A stretch of DNA of 62,917 bases from an uncultured Dehalococcoidia bacterium (GCA_964602845.1 CAZRSW010000011.1:1-62917), one strand, 5' to 3'. Counted from the stretch's first letter, positions 31,023 to 40,846 are shown. Notes: a model not told the origin generated them from the letters alone. Numbers and translations are program-made.

Positions 31023-32514
31023 CGACCTGAAAATGATGAGGATAAAATTTACACAAAGCTTCTTTTGCTACCTGTGCCAGCCCTTCCTCATCCTCCGGGC
31101 TCAATTTCGGATATTCTATTCCCACCATTTCAAAAGAATTATCTATCTGTGCCTTGTTAAGACTTTTTCTCGATAAATCAAACGAAGAATCACCATCTTT
31201 AATCATAAGTAGATCATTCAATCCTTTAAGAGTAGAGGTGTAGTCAGAAGCAAACCGAACTGTTGGTAGCAAATTCACGAACTGATGACATCCAAATGAA
31301 AGAACCCGTCTGCTCATATTAATAGCCTCGATAGCAGCAGTTCCAGTTATTGTTGCCGTGACTTGTGATGCCATTATCCATTCCCACGGATGTACTTTGG
31401 GGTGCGCAAGGACAACATTCGGCATCCTCCTGAGGTGTTCATAAAGCCCCTTTGATCTTATTCCAAAACTAAAAGGTTGCTCTTTCACAACCAACAAAGT
31501 ATTAGCGGGTGAAGCTTTCGAGATCCAAGATATCATTTCCCAAGAATTATTAAATTCAGGGGATACTGAAAGCAATGCGACCTCTGGCTCTAAATGGAGA
31601 GGTATATATATCAATCTATACTCCTCTGAGATATCATCCGGCGTAACCCCATTCTTAACAAAGTATTTGTACATGGCCGGCCTCTTCAGAATTGGTTTAT
31701 ACCAACCTAAGTTAATCGCACCACGGCCTGGAGGACGTTTTCCAATACTGAGGCTTCTCCTATATAATCTTGACAGCCAGATTCTGACAAACCAGTACGT
31801 ACTTTTCCTCAACCTTCTGAGCACCGTCAACAGAGCGCCATTGTAAGAATAATCGACCTTCTGGTGTAGCATTTTTGAAACAGAGACTTGTTTGTAATCA
31901 GACTGAATTGATCCACTCAACAATTGAGGGTTTTTAACATGAGTTAAGACAGCTTTACTGAGACCAGGGTTATCTGTATAGCCATTCTCCGCCCACAAAT
32001 ATCTATCTCCAAATTTAGCATTCACAAGGCTTAAATCAAGTACATTATTGGACTTGGCTACAAGACTTAGCACCCGTTCTATATACATACCCACCACAAC
32101 GTCCGGTTTAATCTCTGCAAAAATCCTTTCGTACGTCTTAAACTGAGATAAAACGTTACGTAGTTTCTGAGAATGATTCCACCGCGCCCTTTTCAAATCA
32201 GGATGAAGATCAGCATTAAAAATATATCCCTTTCCTAATCCTCTCTCATGGGACATGATCAACGCGAAATTTTCCCCGTATTTCTTTTCTCTTTCAAGAC
32301 ATTCTTCCAGTAACAATTCATCCTTGATGTCATGAGTGTTATCTAAGGATGTATCGATGTTTGCAGAAAGATGAGGACTAATTTGTTGTATAAGGGATAC
32401 CAATGAGGGTCTTGTTACAAAAGTAACATTGTGGTCATTAGAGAGCAAACTGCCAAGTTGAATTAAGAAGGTGGCTTTTGCGGGTGTAACTTTAATAAGT
32501 ATATGTTTTTTCAT
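31012..32514 (-). CDS. Capsule_synth/KpsS-like GT-B protein (candidate CMP-ulosonate transferase)
   Basis: YIPLHLEPE...L.VKEQP...TITGTAAIEA pattern of the capsule-biosynthesis family. Confidence 0.65.
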   Translation of the reverse strand: MKKHILIKVTPAKATFLIQLGSLLSNDHNVTFVTRPSLVSLIQQISPHLSANIDTSLDNTHDIKDELLLEECLEREKKYGENFALIMSHERGLGKGYIFNADLHPDLKRARWNHSQKLRNVLSQFKTYERIFAEIKPDVVVGMYIERVLSLVAKSNNVLDLSLVNAKFGDRYLWAENGYTDNPGLSKAVLTHVKNPQLLSGSIQSDYKQVSVSKMLHQKVDYSYNGALLTVLRRLRKSTYWFVRIWLSRLYRRSLSIGKRPPGRGAINLGWYKPILKRPAMYKYFVKNGVTPDDISEEYRLIYIPLHLEPEVALLSVSPEFNNSWEMISWISKASPANTLLVVKEQPFSFGIRSKGLYEHLRRMPNVVLAHPKVHPWEWIMASQVTATITGTAAIEAINMSRRVLSFGCHQFVNLLPTVRFASDYTSTLKGLNDLLMIKDGDSSFDLSRKSLNKAQIDNSFEMVGIEYPKLSPEDEEGLAQVAKEALCKFYPHHFQVDEK

Positions 32515-32544
32515 ATATCGTTGAAAAGCTCAAAAAAGACGGTT

Positions 32545-33249
32545 CTAATTTCGGGAGGCTATAATGAATTTCCTATGTCCACCCTGACTACCAGTTTTCG
32601 ACTCCCATTGAGTAACAATACGTAATTCTTTGGATATAGACTCGGAAGCAGCCATCATTGCATCTTCAAAAGGATCATTGGTATCAGGAATATAGGAAGT
32701 AGATTCATAAAATAAATGACCCTTGGAACTCAGAAGACCCCTCACTTTCCTGAAGTATTCATTGCTAGAAACCCTCTCTTTGCCATCCTCAGTATAAAAT
32801 GAAGCCATACTAAGAATCAGGTCATATTTAATATCAGATACAAAGTCATCAAATGTAGAATTAAAAAAAACTGCTTCGTCTGTCAACCCCAAATGCTCAG
32901 CAGTCAACCGTCCTATCCTGTTTAAATAAGGATTCCATTCCACCCCATGAGCGAGCTCGCAACGAATGGCTAACTCCACGGTGAAAAACCCAAAGTTAGA
33001 CCCTATATCGAGAATTTTACTGTTTGCCTGACATAGTGAATCCAAACCATATTCCTCGATACGCTTCTCGACAGACCAACGCCGCCCAATATAATCAATA
33101 CGTTCATAGGTCTGATAAGGAGTATCGAAGTTGTATGAACCTTTGTTGTGGATAATTTCTTCTTCCAAAATAGCATCGATCCTATTTTTCAGATCATTCT
33201 TAGTAAATTCAATGGGATGCACTATTTTACTCCTTCGTTGTGAACGCAT
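32545..33249 (-). CDS. Class I SAM-dependent methyltransferase
   Basis: ILDIGSNFGFF motif I, GVE, YDLILS. Confidence 0.82.
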   Translation of the reverse strand: MRSQRRSKIVHPIEFTKNDLKNRIDAILEEEIIHNKGSYNFDTPYQTYERIDYIGRRWSVEKRIEEYGLDSLCQANSKILDIGSNFGFFTVELAIRCELAHGVEWNPYLNRIGRLTAEHLGLTDEAVFFNSTFDDFVSDIKYDLILSMASFYTEDGKERVSSNEYFRKVRGLLSSKGHLFYESTSYIPDTNDPFEDAMMAASESISKELRIVTQWESKTGSQGGHRKFIIASRN

Positions 33250-33431
33250 TGCCCGAACGGAATATCCTATCGGTTAAATCCTCATTCATACCTACAAGCA
33301 CATAGTAAAACTTATCAATTCGCTCAAATAACCAAGATCTTGTACTAAACTTATGCTAAGACCTGCGGACAATGTTTGTGATCGTAAAGTGCACAACAGT
33401 GGCAACGTTTTTGGTCGATATCCTATATATG

Positions 33432-34169
33432 CTAATGGGGGTCGTAAGACTTAGCAGACAATATGGCAATATGCTTTAATACGGGATGAATTATGTAGTA
33501 GGTCGTACCATTGCCTGGCTCTTGAGGTGTTTTCGACAGATTGCCTGTTCTTTCATAACTCGTCAGCATTTGGGAAGCAAGTTCTGCCCTGATGTACGGA
33601 TCAAAGAGCAGATCGATTTCCCTACGATCTCTCGGGGGATCAAATAATTTTTTCACAATTATTGGACCCGTATCAATCTTTCTATCTAAAACAAAACCTG
33701 TTACTCCACATACCCCATCATTCAACAACGAGTAATATAGAGTGGTACTTCCTCTATACTCTGGAAGTATTCCAGGATGAATGTGCAGAAACGTTTTGCC
33801 AAACCCAAGGATTCTCTTCCTGAGTATTGCCCCGCTTGGCCCGGAATATAATACTAAAGGCAAATCATTTTCCTGAACAGCTCTGCATACAATATCTGAG
33901 TTAGGGTCTAGTGAATCTAAGATTTTATAAGGGATAGAATAATCTTCTAGTAGATCTTTGACCGTGGCTTCCGTAGATAGACCCCTGTATAAATCAGGTA
34001 GTTTACCTTGCTCCGAAACGGCACGGTTTTCACTAGTTTTGACCCTACCGTCTTCCATATAAAAAACAAACGCCGGGAGCACCCCATTTCTTTTCATATT
34101 TTGAAGATAAAAGCTGGTCCTGATTGATGAGACCGCCAGCATACTTAAGTCAGCTATCGCATTATTCAA
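33432..34169 (-). CDS. Formyltransferase-fold protein (N-terminal domain only)
   Basis: LHIHPGILPEYRGS and IDTGPII; the canonical NxH is HxH here. Confidence 0.78.
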   Translation of the reverse strand: MNNAIADLSMLAVSSIRTSFYLQNMKRNGVLPAFVFYMEDGRVKTSENRAVSEQGKLPDLYRGLSTEATVKDLLEDYSIPYKILDSLDPNSDIVCRAVQENDLPLVLYSGPSGAILRKRILGFGKTFLHIHPGILPEYRGSTTLYYSLLNDGVCGVTGFVLDRKIDTGPIIVKKLFDPPRDRREIDLLFDPYIRAELASQMLTSYERTGNLSKTPQEPGNGTTYYIIHPVLKHIAILSAKSYDPH

Positions 34170-34178
34170 TTTGATGTG

Positions 34179-34913
34179 TCACAACTCAATTAAATGCTCT
34201 GCCAAAAGACTCTTAATACAAGCTACTTCGCCCTGAACCGAAAGGATCACGTAAATCATATCAGGTAAGGCTTCAATCATTTCATAATGTGAACATAGAA
34301 AGTCGTTCAACTTTAAAACAGTATTAAGTAATTTCAGATCATGAGTTTCATGGTATTTCGTCATAAGAGCTATAGAAAGTAGCGCATACGTCGCCATTGA
34401 AGCGGGTTCGTCCGACCCCGGTTTCATGCCTGAGGTATAAATAGAAAATAATTTCTTGTTGACCTCAAATCGTCTCAGGAAACCCATTATTTGTGCATTA
34501 TAATCTTGATTGGAAACCGCCTCTCCTTCAACAATAGTTTTCGTGGCCGCGAAAAGAACCGTCTCAGAATTGACTAAGGAAACTGCCTCCTTAAATTCAG
34601 ATCCAGAAACCGTGCAATCTTGTGTATATTCTTTATGTAAATAAGCAATCCTCTTCTTAACAGGAGAACTCAATAAATTATCGATCCTAGTTATCCAGTT
34701 AGGTATCTTATCAGCCTGACTAATTTCTTCCCCCGCCAGATATCTAGCTGACACTTCAATGAATTTATGCTCATATAACAAGCTGTGATGTTCTCTTGAA
34801 GCCACATATGAGTTTAGGAAATCGATGCCCTGGTAAGACGTGTACATATAGGCTTTAGAATCGGATACAATGCTTGGCCCAATATATTGATAGGCTGACC
34901 TCAATCGACTCAC
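34179..34913 (-). CDS. Hypothetical protein
   Basis: 244-aa ORF overlapping the kinase stop by 4 nt; helical C-terminus (RRFEVNKKL...LNTVLKLND); no family recognised. Confidence 0.6.
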   Translation of the reverse strand: MSRLRSAYQYIGPSIVSDSKAYMYTSYQGIDFLNSYVASREHHSLLYEHKFIEVSARYLAGEEISQADKIPNWITRIDNLLSSPVKKRIAYLHKEYTQDCTVSGSEFKEAVSLVNSETVLFAATKTIVEGEAVSNQDYNAQIMGFLRRFEVNKKLFSIYTSGMKPGSDEPASMATYALLSIALMTKYHETHDLKLLNTVLKLNDFLCSHYEMIEALPDMIYVILSVQGEVACIKSLLAEHLIEL

Positions 34914-35431
34914 GAGATAAACCCCAATCGATCAACTGCTTCAATTATCTTATTGGCTGGATCTTCATAAGATTCAAGGCAGACGTTATTATCAATAACT
35001 AGATGCGGATTAGAGGGAGGAGAAAATTCTAAGTCAACTCCCACCACGTCCTTAATATCACCTCGTAATGCTTTTTCATACAGCCCCTTTTTATCTCTCG
35101 TCTTCAACACCTCCATTGATACCGACAAAAATACTTCAAAATAGTTAGTTATATTTTGCCTATTCCAAATCCTTGATTCCTCGAATATGGATAGAATTGC
35201 ACAGACAACATCTATACCTTGAGAGTCCAGGAATTTACAGAACTTGGAGATCCTATCAGCATTCCTCCTACGATCTACTAAACTATGTCCAAGATCATTT
35301 CCCATGATCTGCCGTATTTCATCACCATCAATAAATACAACATTGGGCTTCCGAGTCTTAATTAATTTAAATACTTCTCTTCCAATGGAAGTCTTACCTG
35401 AACCTGATAGGCCCACTAGCCAGATGACCAT
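34910..35431 (-). CDS. Adenylyl-sulfate-kinase family protein; probable cytidine diphosphoramidate kinase (Cj1415-like)
   Basis: P-loop GLSGSGKT, DGDEIR, RDKKGLY, VVGVD..F..P; fourth gene of a Cj1418-1417-1416-1415-order cassette. Confidence 0.85.
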   Translation of the reverse strand: MVIWLVGLSGSGKTSIGREVFKLIKTRKPNVVFIDGDEIRQIMGNDLGHSLVDRRRNADRISKFCKFLDSQGIDVVCAILSIFEESRIWNRQNITNYFEVFLSVSMEVLKTRDKKGLYEKALRGDIKDVVGVDLEFSPPSNPHLVIDNNVCLESYEDPANKIIEAVDRLGFIS

Positions 35432-35447
35432 ATACTCCCCTTACACA

Positions 35448-36227
35448 TCACCTGTTGATCCTCAGGATTCCATCATTATTTTCAACTATTTCATTGGCGA
35501 TTTCATAATCCTTTATCGAATCCACTTCAACCCAGCCCCCACTCACCGGCACCTCCTTAACAGGATGCCCTAAAGTGATAAGACATTGGAGAACATCCGT
35601 CATATATAGATCATCAAATTTTTTTATAGTTGACGAATCACTAAAGAAGGGCTTCTCAAACATCGATTCCAAGCTATCCACAAGATACTTAACCCCGTTT
35701 GCTCTAAAAACAGTGAGGCCTATATATTGACCTTGGATTTCTTCGATATTTTGGGTTCTCTGTCCAATTTCAGTAATAAACCCATCCTTAGCAACTTTAA
35801 AGGATTCAGCATCATCTAACACATCTTCAAACCGCCTCTCCCAATAAGGCTTCCAATCCTTATCAACAATCACTCCTATCTCATCCCCCCCAGTGAGTAA
35901 ACTCTCTAAAACCTCAGGTTGATAGAGTATGTCTCCATATGAAACTATGAAACCTTCATCAAAATAATCCAATGCACACCACAGCGTAGCAACCATATTC
36001 GAGTGGAGATAATTTTCGTTGTCTATATACTGAAGTCCCGGCCTATTAATCTGATGCGACATATGGCCTCGGACGACAATAATTTCCTGTATACCCACAC
36101 TCCGTGCCACCTGTATCTGCCAATCTAAAATTGATCTTCCACTGACCGGTACCATTACCTTAGGCATACTATCCGTGAGCGGCGACAACCGAGACCCAGT
36201 ACCTGCGGCTAATATTATTAACTTCAC
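35448..36227 (-). CDS. LicC-like cytidylyltransferase; probable CTP:phosphoglutamine cytidylyltransferase (Cj1416-like)
   Basis: LAAGTGSRL.PLT..PK, NMVATL, SYGDI.Y, W..RF...L.DAESF, GQYIGL, YMTD.LQ, W.EVDS. Confidence 0.85.
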   Translation of the reverse strand: MKLIILAAGTGSRLSPLTDSMPKVMVPVSGRSILDWQIQVARSVGIQEIIVVRGHMSHQINRPGLQYIDNENYLHSNMVATLWCALDYFDEGFIVSYGDILYQPEVLESLLTGGDEIGVIVDKDWKPYWERRFEDVLDDAESFKVAKDGFITEIGQRTQNIEEIQGQYIGLTVFRANGVKYLVDSLESMFEKPFFSDSSTIKKFDDLYMTDVLQCLITLGHPVKEVPVSGGWVEVDSIKDYEIANEIVENNDGILRINR

Positions 36228-36236
36228 AATAGTAAT

Positions 36237-36923
36237 TTAAACAGCCGACAACCATCTTTTAATCAATAATTCATCGGTGGCAGTATCAAATCCAGCTCTT
36301 TCTGGATGCCATTGAACACCCAAGATGGGAAGATCAGGATGGAACAAACCCTCGACAATACCATCTTCAGTTACGGCAAAAGGCTCCAGTTCACTGGAAA
36401 CAGTGGAAATATGAACGGCATGATTGTGAAACGAATTAGTTAAAATACGCTTTCTGCCAAAGTAGTCTGAAAAATCTGGGTCAACGATGCTCAACTCATG
36501 ACTGTTTGCTACGTGCATGTCAGCGCCGCCACATAGATTTGTCGTGTCCCTAACGATGGTCCCCCCAAAAAAGACATTTATGATTTGCATTCCTCTACAA
36601 ACACCAAGCAGTGGTATCCTATCTTTTACAGCACGTTCGATGATCTGAAATTCGGTCTTATCGCGCAATTCACTAACATCTCCCTGATCCTGGAATTCGT
36701 CGGTTACCCCAACCGAACCTACGTTGTTGCCCCCCGTCAGCAAAAATGCGTCCACACCAACGTCATTGAAACCCAGGTTAACTCCAAATGGCGTATTAGG
36801 AATTAGAACAGGTGTCAACCCTAGTTTGCCCAAAAAATTCAACCAATCATGACTGATAGCGTCCCGCATTTCCTTGTGAGGGAAACTCTCGACCACTCTC
36901 ATTGAAACCCCCACAGTCAACAT
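36237..36923 (-). CDS. Class I glutamine-amidotransferase/peptidase C26; probable gamma-glutamyl-CDP-amidate hydrolase (Cj1417-like)
   Basis: E.RDAI..DW, LTGGN, R...E, GVCRGMQ (catalytic Cys), NSFH, QWHPER. Confidence 0.85.
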   Translation of the reverse strand: MLTVGVSMRVVESFPHKEMRDAISHDWLNFLGKLGLTPVLIPNTPFGVNLGFNDVGVDAFLLTGGNNVGSVGVTDEFQDQGDVSELRDKTEFQIIERAVKDRIPLLGVCRGMQIINVFFGGTIVRDTTNLCGGADMHVANSHELSIVDPDFSDYFGRKRILTNSFHNHAVHISTVSSELEPFAVTEDGIVEGLFHPDLPILGVQWHPERAGFDTATDELLIKRWLSAV

Positions 36924-39922
36924 CAGCTTATTACGTTAATCCGATGTCCCGCGCAATCAAGCTCTATAAGCCTACCCGTCCTAACCTGACTAGCTATGAT
37001 TTCGCCACAGCCTATCGCGGCAGGAATTCCCATTTCTGCCGAACGTATTGACATATGGGATGCTATCCCGCCATATTCCGTGATTAACCCAGAAATGCCC
37101 TTGCCAAAAATCCAATCATACCCAGGGTCTGCACCCTGAATGAATACTATGCGTCCCTCTACATTACGATTAGCCCCTTGATAAGTAACCTCCGAAACTT
37201 CTGAGACCACTCTTTTTTGTGTAATATAATTTGGGGTAGAAGGTACCAACTCAAATGAATAGACGTCATCCCGCGATCGTATAACAGGCGGCAGCTTTAA
37301 TGATTGGTGCACCTGATGTCTCTTTCGATTCAAAGTTGCTATCCTTTTCAACTCCGACCGACTTGTACTAGACGGGTTAACAGCAGATACATTCAATATC
37401 TGTTCCAACGGTATATAGGACATATCATCTCTAGAAAGGTCCAAAAGTTCTCCAAATTCCACTAACATAGTGAGTACAGCATTGATATTTTTTGTAAATT
37501 CAAATTTAAGTTTTTCTCGTGCAGGGATAGTCTTGGACACAAACAATATAAAATCATCAACATTAAACGAGAACCCTGATTCACTTATCAATGAAGCTAT
37601 TTGTCTTTCATATTTTCCAAGGAACGTTCGAAATTCGTGAGAGCTTTTTAGTGAATAATCACGACGATTCTCTTGTGACTGTGTAGAGATGTAAGTTGCT
37701 GCATCTTCCATATAATTCGAAGAGGTGATTTCATATGTACCTGGTCTTAGATGACCATATTTTTCTAGAAAATGCTCTTTTGAAATAACTTCATCATCAA
37801 CCTTTTGAAGATCTTCCCCAATACCACTCGCAACAGTAGGTAACATTGACATCATCAAGTCGTAATCATGGGGCTCAATAACATTGCGACTCTTCAGAGA
37901 ATCCAAAAACACAGAGGCGATAAATGAATATCTAGCCATTACGGCAAAAGGTACAGTGCCATATGTCATACAATCCCTGAGAAGAAAACGTACGGTGTGT
38001 GCAATTGAAGTGAACGAAGAAGAATTCACAGCAGTTAAAGCAGCCTGTCTTCTAGAATTCATCAATTCTATCTTTGCCCACTGATCTGTCATATTGCTAA
38101 GAGCGTCTGATACACACCTATCAGTATGACTGCGTAAACATCCTTGTAATCGCCCTACATCATCAAAATCAAATCCACCATCCATCAACCTTTTTCTTGT
38201 GTCATCAAAGTTGAAATCTGCGCAAGTTACTGCGATTTCAAATTCAACTTTATCTTGCAACTCTGGTTGTTTGAAAAGCTTATTCAAATAGTAATCTACA
38301 AGCCTTGTCCTCAAATTTTCTTCCACATCAGCTGGTATAAAAGAGTTAAAGCTAACCCTACAATCTATGTAGGTATGCCCTGCTAAGGAAACCAGTAATG
38401 GGAAAGGACTTACATCAGTATAACCACACAACACCCTCGCCTTCGACCATGACTCATCTGTTATCAGATATCTGTATATAGAAGCTGATAACGGACGGGG
38501 GCAAACTCCAATCATCTCTGCTGGATTCCAATCTGGCATATTTGCCAAAACGTTTCTCTTCCCAGGCAGAATAAAGTGAGATTTCAAAAAACCCCCGGCA
38601 TTCTCCCAAACTTGATCAAGTTCAGCATGGAAATCCTCATCAATTGACATTGGAGACCCACCCATAGAAGTCAATGGCCTAATCTGAAATATATAGAATT
38701 TGCCGGCACCGTCTATACTAAACTCGATATCTAGCGAATCGTGACCGGACAGATCTTCTATCTCCTTAATCGCCTCTATTAGTGCACAAATATTAGGGTC
38801 TGAAATTTTCCCATTACCACCAGGTTTGACCACTATTTGTGTCTTGAGATTACTCCCACTCCCTGAAGTAACTGTATCAGTGTACTTTGTTACATCATCG
38901 TAATTTACAATCCAATATGGTGACCCGGTTTCGGGATCTCTCGTGAGCACGACCCCACTTAAAGTAACATCCTCAATTTGTTGTTGGACAAAAACGGCAT
39001 CCTCTGAATTGAAAGGTCGATCTTTGCTAAAGCTCTGTATAACAGAATTAACAGCCCTATTAAGCGCTGAAGCGTTCGTCGATTCTACCCCCAACACACT
39101 CCTGAATTTACCGGCCATTGATTGATCCCAACGATCCTCACTGGTAGCGCTACTACGCACAACCAGTTTCCCAGTTCTGAATTTATCCGCCACATTTTGA
39201 GATATCCCTATCGGATCTCTCTGCCATTCCCCGACGGTAAAACCTATTTGCTCCAAGATACAGGACCTTTTTACAATAGGCCTGAGGCGTTCTAATGTCT
39301 CAGACTTTGTGCCAAAAACAAAATTTGACACCTCTCTATGATGAGTAATTCTCGCGCTATGATCACCGGCATCTACCTTTTTGTAGGGCATGTCAAGATT
39401 ACTCAATAATTCAAGTAGCGTTGAATTAGATTCCGACGGCGTACACTCTATTTGGCGACCCAGTAATTCAGCCGCTTTAGCAGAAAGTTTTACTATACCA
39501 GCCCATTCAGGTTCTTCGTGTTCCGTTTTGCCAACGTCTTTAGCAGAATTAATGCCAACAACTATGTCATCTACCTCATCAATTAACCTACTCATGAATT
39601 GCAATCTGACCAATATGTCAGACCTAATTATCAAACACGAGTCACTTAATTCTCTAGTAGCTATTTTGAGCGCACCAACATCATTAGATGAGAACCAGTC
39701 ACGGTTGAAATAAAATCTTAGCCCAGAATATTCGTTTACAACTTTCTCAATGTGGTATCCGCCTATGAAAATCACGTCGGTTATGCCTACTCTGTTTAGC
39801 ATCGATATGGTCCAATCAAGTACCGTCTTTCCTTGTCCATCATGTAGTAATGCAATAGGATAACTCTTACTGCTATCCAATCTCTGAATCCCTCTGTCAG
39901 ACCCCAAAATTATTGCTTTCAT
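36923..39922 (-). CDS. PEP-utilising/PPDK-type kinase; probable L-glutamine kinase (Cj1418-like) with an extra N-terminal nucleotidyltransferase-like domain
   Basis: TKSETL, VRSSA..ED...SMAG.F.S, DIEF, Q.RP, MPDWNPAEMIG, DKVEFEI, YGHLRPGTYEI, ADPGYDWIF, GG.ASHM.IR.AE (phospho-His domain). Confidence 0.9.
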   Translation of the reverse strand: MKAIILGSDRGIQRLDSSKSYPIALLHDGQGKTVLDWTISMLNRVGITDVIFIGGYHIEKVVNEYSGLRFYFNRDWFSSNDVGALKIATRELSDSCLIIRSDILVRLQFMSRLIDEVDDIVVGINSAKDVGKTEHEEPEWAGIVKLSAKAAELLGRQIECTPSESNSTLLELLSNLDMPYKKVDAGDHSARITHHREVSNFVFGTKSETLERLRPIVKRSCILEQIGFTVGEWQRDPIGISQNVADKFRTGKLVVRSSATSEDRWDQSMAGKFRSVLGVESTNASALNRAVNSVIQSFSKDRPFNSEDAVFVQQQIEDVTLSGVVLTRDPETGSPYWIVNYDDVTKYTDTVTSGSGSNLKTQIVVKPGGNGKISDPNICALIEAIKEIEDLSGHDSLDIEFSIDGAGKFYIFQIRPLTSMGGSPMSIDEDFHAELDQVWENAGGFLKSHFILPGKRNVLANMPDWNPAEMIGVCPRPLSASIYRYLITDESWSKARVLCGYTDVSPFPLLVSLAGHTYIDCRVSFNSFIPADVEENLRTRLVDYYLNKLFKQPELQDKVEFEIAVTCADFNFDDTRKRLMDGGFDFDDVGRLQGCLRSHTDRCVSDALSNMTDQWAKIELMNSRRQAALTAVNSSSFTSIAHTVRFLLRDCMTYGTVPFAVMARYSFIASVFLDSLKSRNVIEPHDYDLMMSMLPTVASGIGEDLQKVDDEVISKEHFLEKYGHLRPGTYEITSSNYMEDAATYISTQSQENRRDYSLKSSHEFRTFLGKYERQIASLISESGFSFNVDDFILFVSKTIPAREKLKFEFTKNINAVLTMLVEFGELLDLSRDDMSYIPLEQILNVSAVNPSSTSRSELKRIATLNRKRHQVHQSLKLPPVIRSRDDVYSFELVPSTPNYITQKRVVSEVSEVTYQGANRNVEGRIVFIQGADPGYDWIFGKGISGLITEYGGIASHMSIRSAEMGIPAAIGCGEIIASQVRTGRLIELDCAGHRINVIS

Positions 39923-40021
39923 AACCTTAATGTTTAGTAAAGATTTGATAAAACCCTAAGTGGACCAAAATCCTCAATTTATGAGCCATATTAAAGCAAA
40001 AACATGTCCAACATAAATTAC

Positions 40022-40846
40022 TCATACCGATTTTTCTTCAGGTGCCCTGACAGTATTTGCATGTCGGCTAGTCCTATGAACGCTCAATAGCCTGTTAGCC
40101 AACTCAAACTGACTGATAATTTTCAGAATTCCATCTACCACCATGATCAATACTACTACTCCGAAAACGTATTCCCTCAGACCATCTATCGTCGCTAGTA
40201 TCAAAGCAATCAAAATGGAGTCGAAAAGAACATCACTAGGTAGCTGCGGAATAATCGCTTTGGAATCAAGATCTTTTATCTGGGCTAACCATTCAACACT
40301 CTTAAGAGTATCCGCCCTGTACCACTCTCTATGAAAACTGAACCTAGCTCGGATATATTCAGCAAACAACCAGAAAAATCCTGTCGATAGACCTCCACAC
40401 AACAGAAATATCTTATCGGTACTCAAATATAGGGACATACCATAGAAAATCGGCATTATAGATATGACCAAAGCATCAACCGCCCCATCAAGAAATTTGC
40501 CAAAATAAGTGGCCTTGTCATTCGCCCTGGCAATATTGCCGTCGACAGCATCAAGGACAACAGCAAACTGGTATATGAGACTTCCAACGAGCCACCATAT
40601 CCACGTACCAGGTAGCAACAATAACAAACCCAGCAGGGAAAATATCAAGCCAAGCACTGTTACCAAATTCGGTGTCAGGCCAAGCATTAGAAAAAATGGT
40701 GTAATAAGAAATGACACCGGCCTTATCCAGTATCGCCATAAAAACCCTGTTTGACTGGTATGATCAAAATTGTCTTTAGCTCTGTTGTAAGTACGCGAAT
40801 AATTTACGTAAAATAGCCTAAACATTTCAATCAACTCATCACACAA
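40022..40846 (-). CDS. CDP-alcohol phosphotransferase family membrane protein
   Basis: TPNLVT and the complete signature D-AV-DG-NI-AR-x8-G-KFL-D-GAV-D; several TM segments. Probable start at MFRLF. Confidence 0.9.
   Translation of the reverse strand: MCDELIEMFRLFYVNYSRTYNRAKDNFDHTSQTGFLWRYWIRPVSFLITPFFLMLGLTPNLVTVLGLIFSLLGLLLLLPGTWIWWLVGSLIYQFAVVLDAVDGNIARANDKATYFGKFLDGAVDALVISIMPIFYGMSLYLSTDKIFLLCGGLSTGFFWLFAEYIRARFSFHREWYRADTLKSVEWLAQIKDLDSKAIIPQLPSDVLFDSILIALILATIDGLREYVFGVVVLIMVVDGILKIISQFELANRLLSVHRTSRHANTVRAPEEKSV

Noticed and set aside
34910-35431. cysC / glycan sulfation pathway
   Set aside because: No ATP sulfurylase or sulfotransferase in the window; its position in the Cj1418-1415-order cassette explains it better.
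35448-39922. Phosphonate or phosphocholine (lic) biosynthesis, or a housekeeping PEP synthase
   Set aside because: No PEP mutase, phosphonopyruvate decarboxylase, choline kinase or LicD. The large protein lacks the pyruvate-binding barrel and ends in the phospho-His domain.
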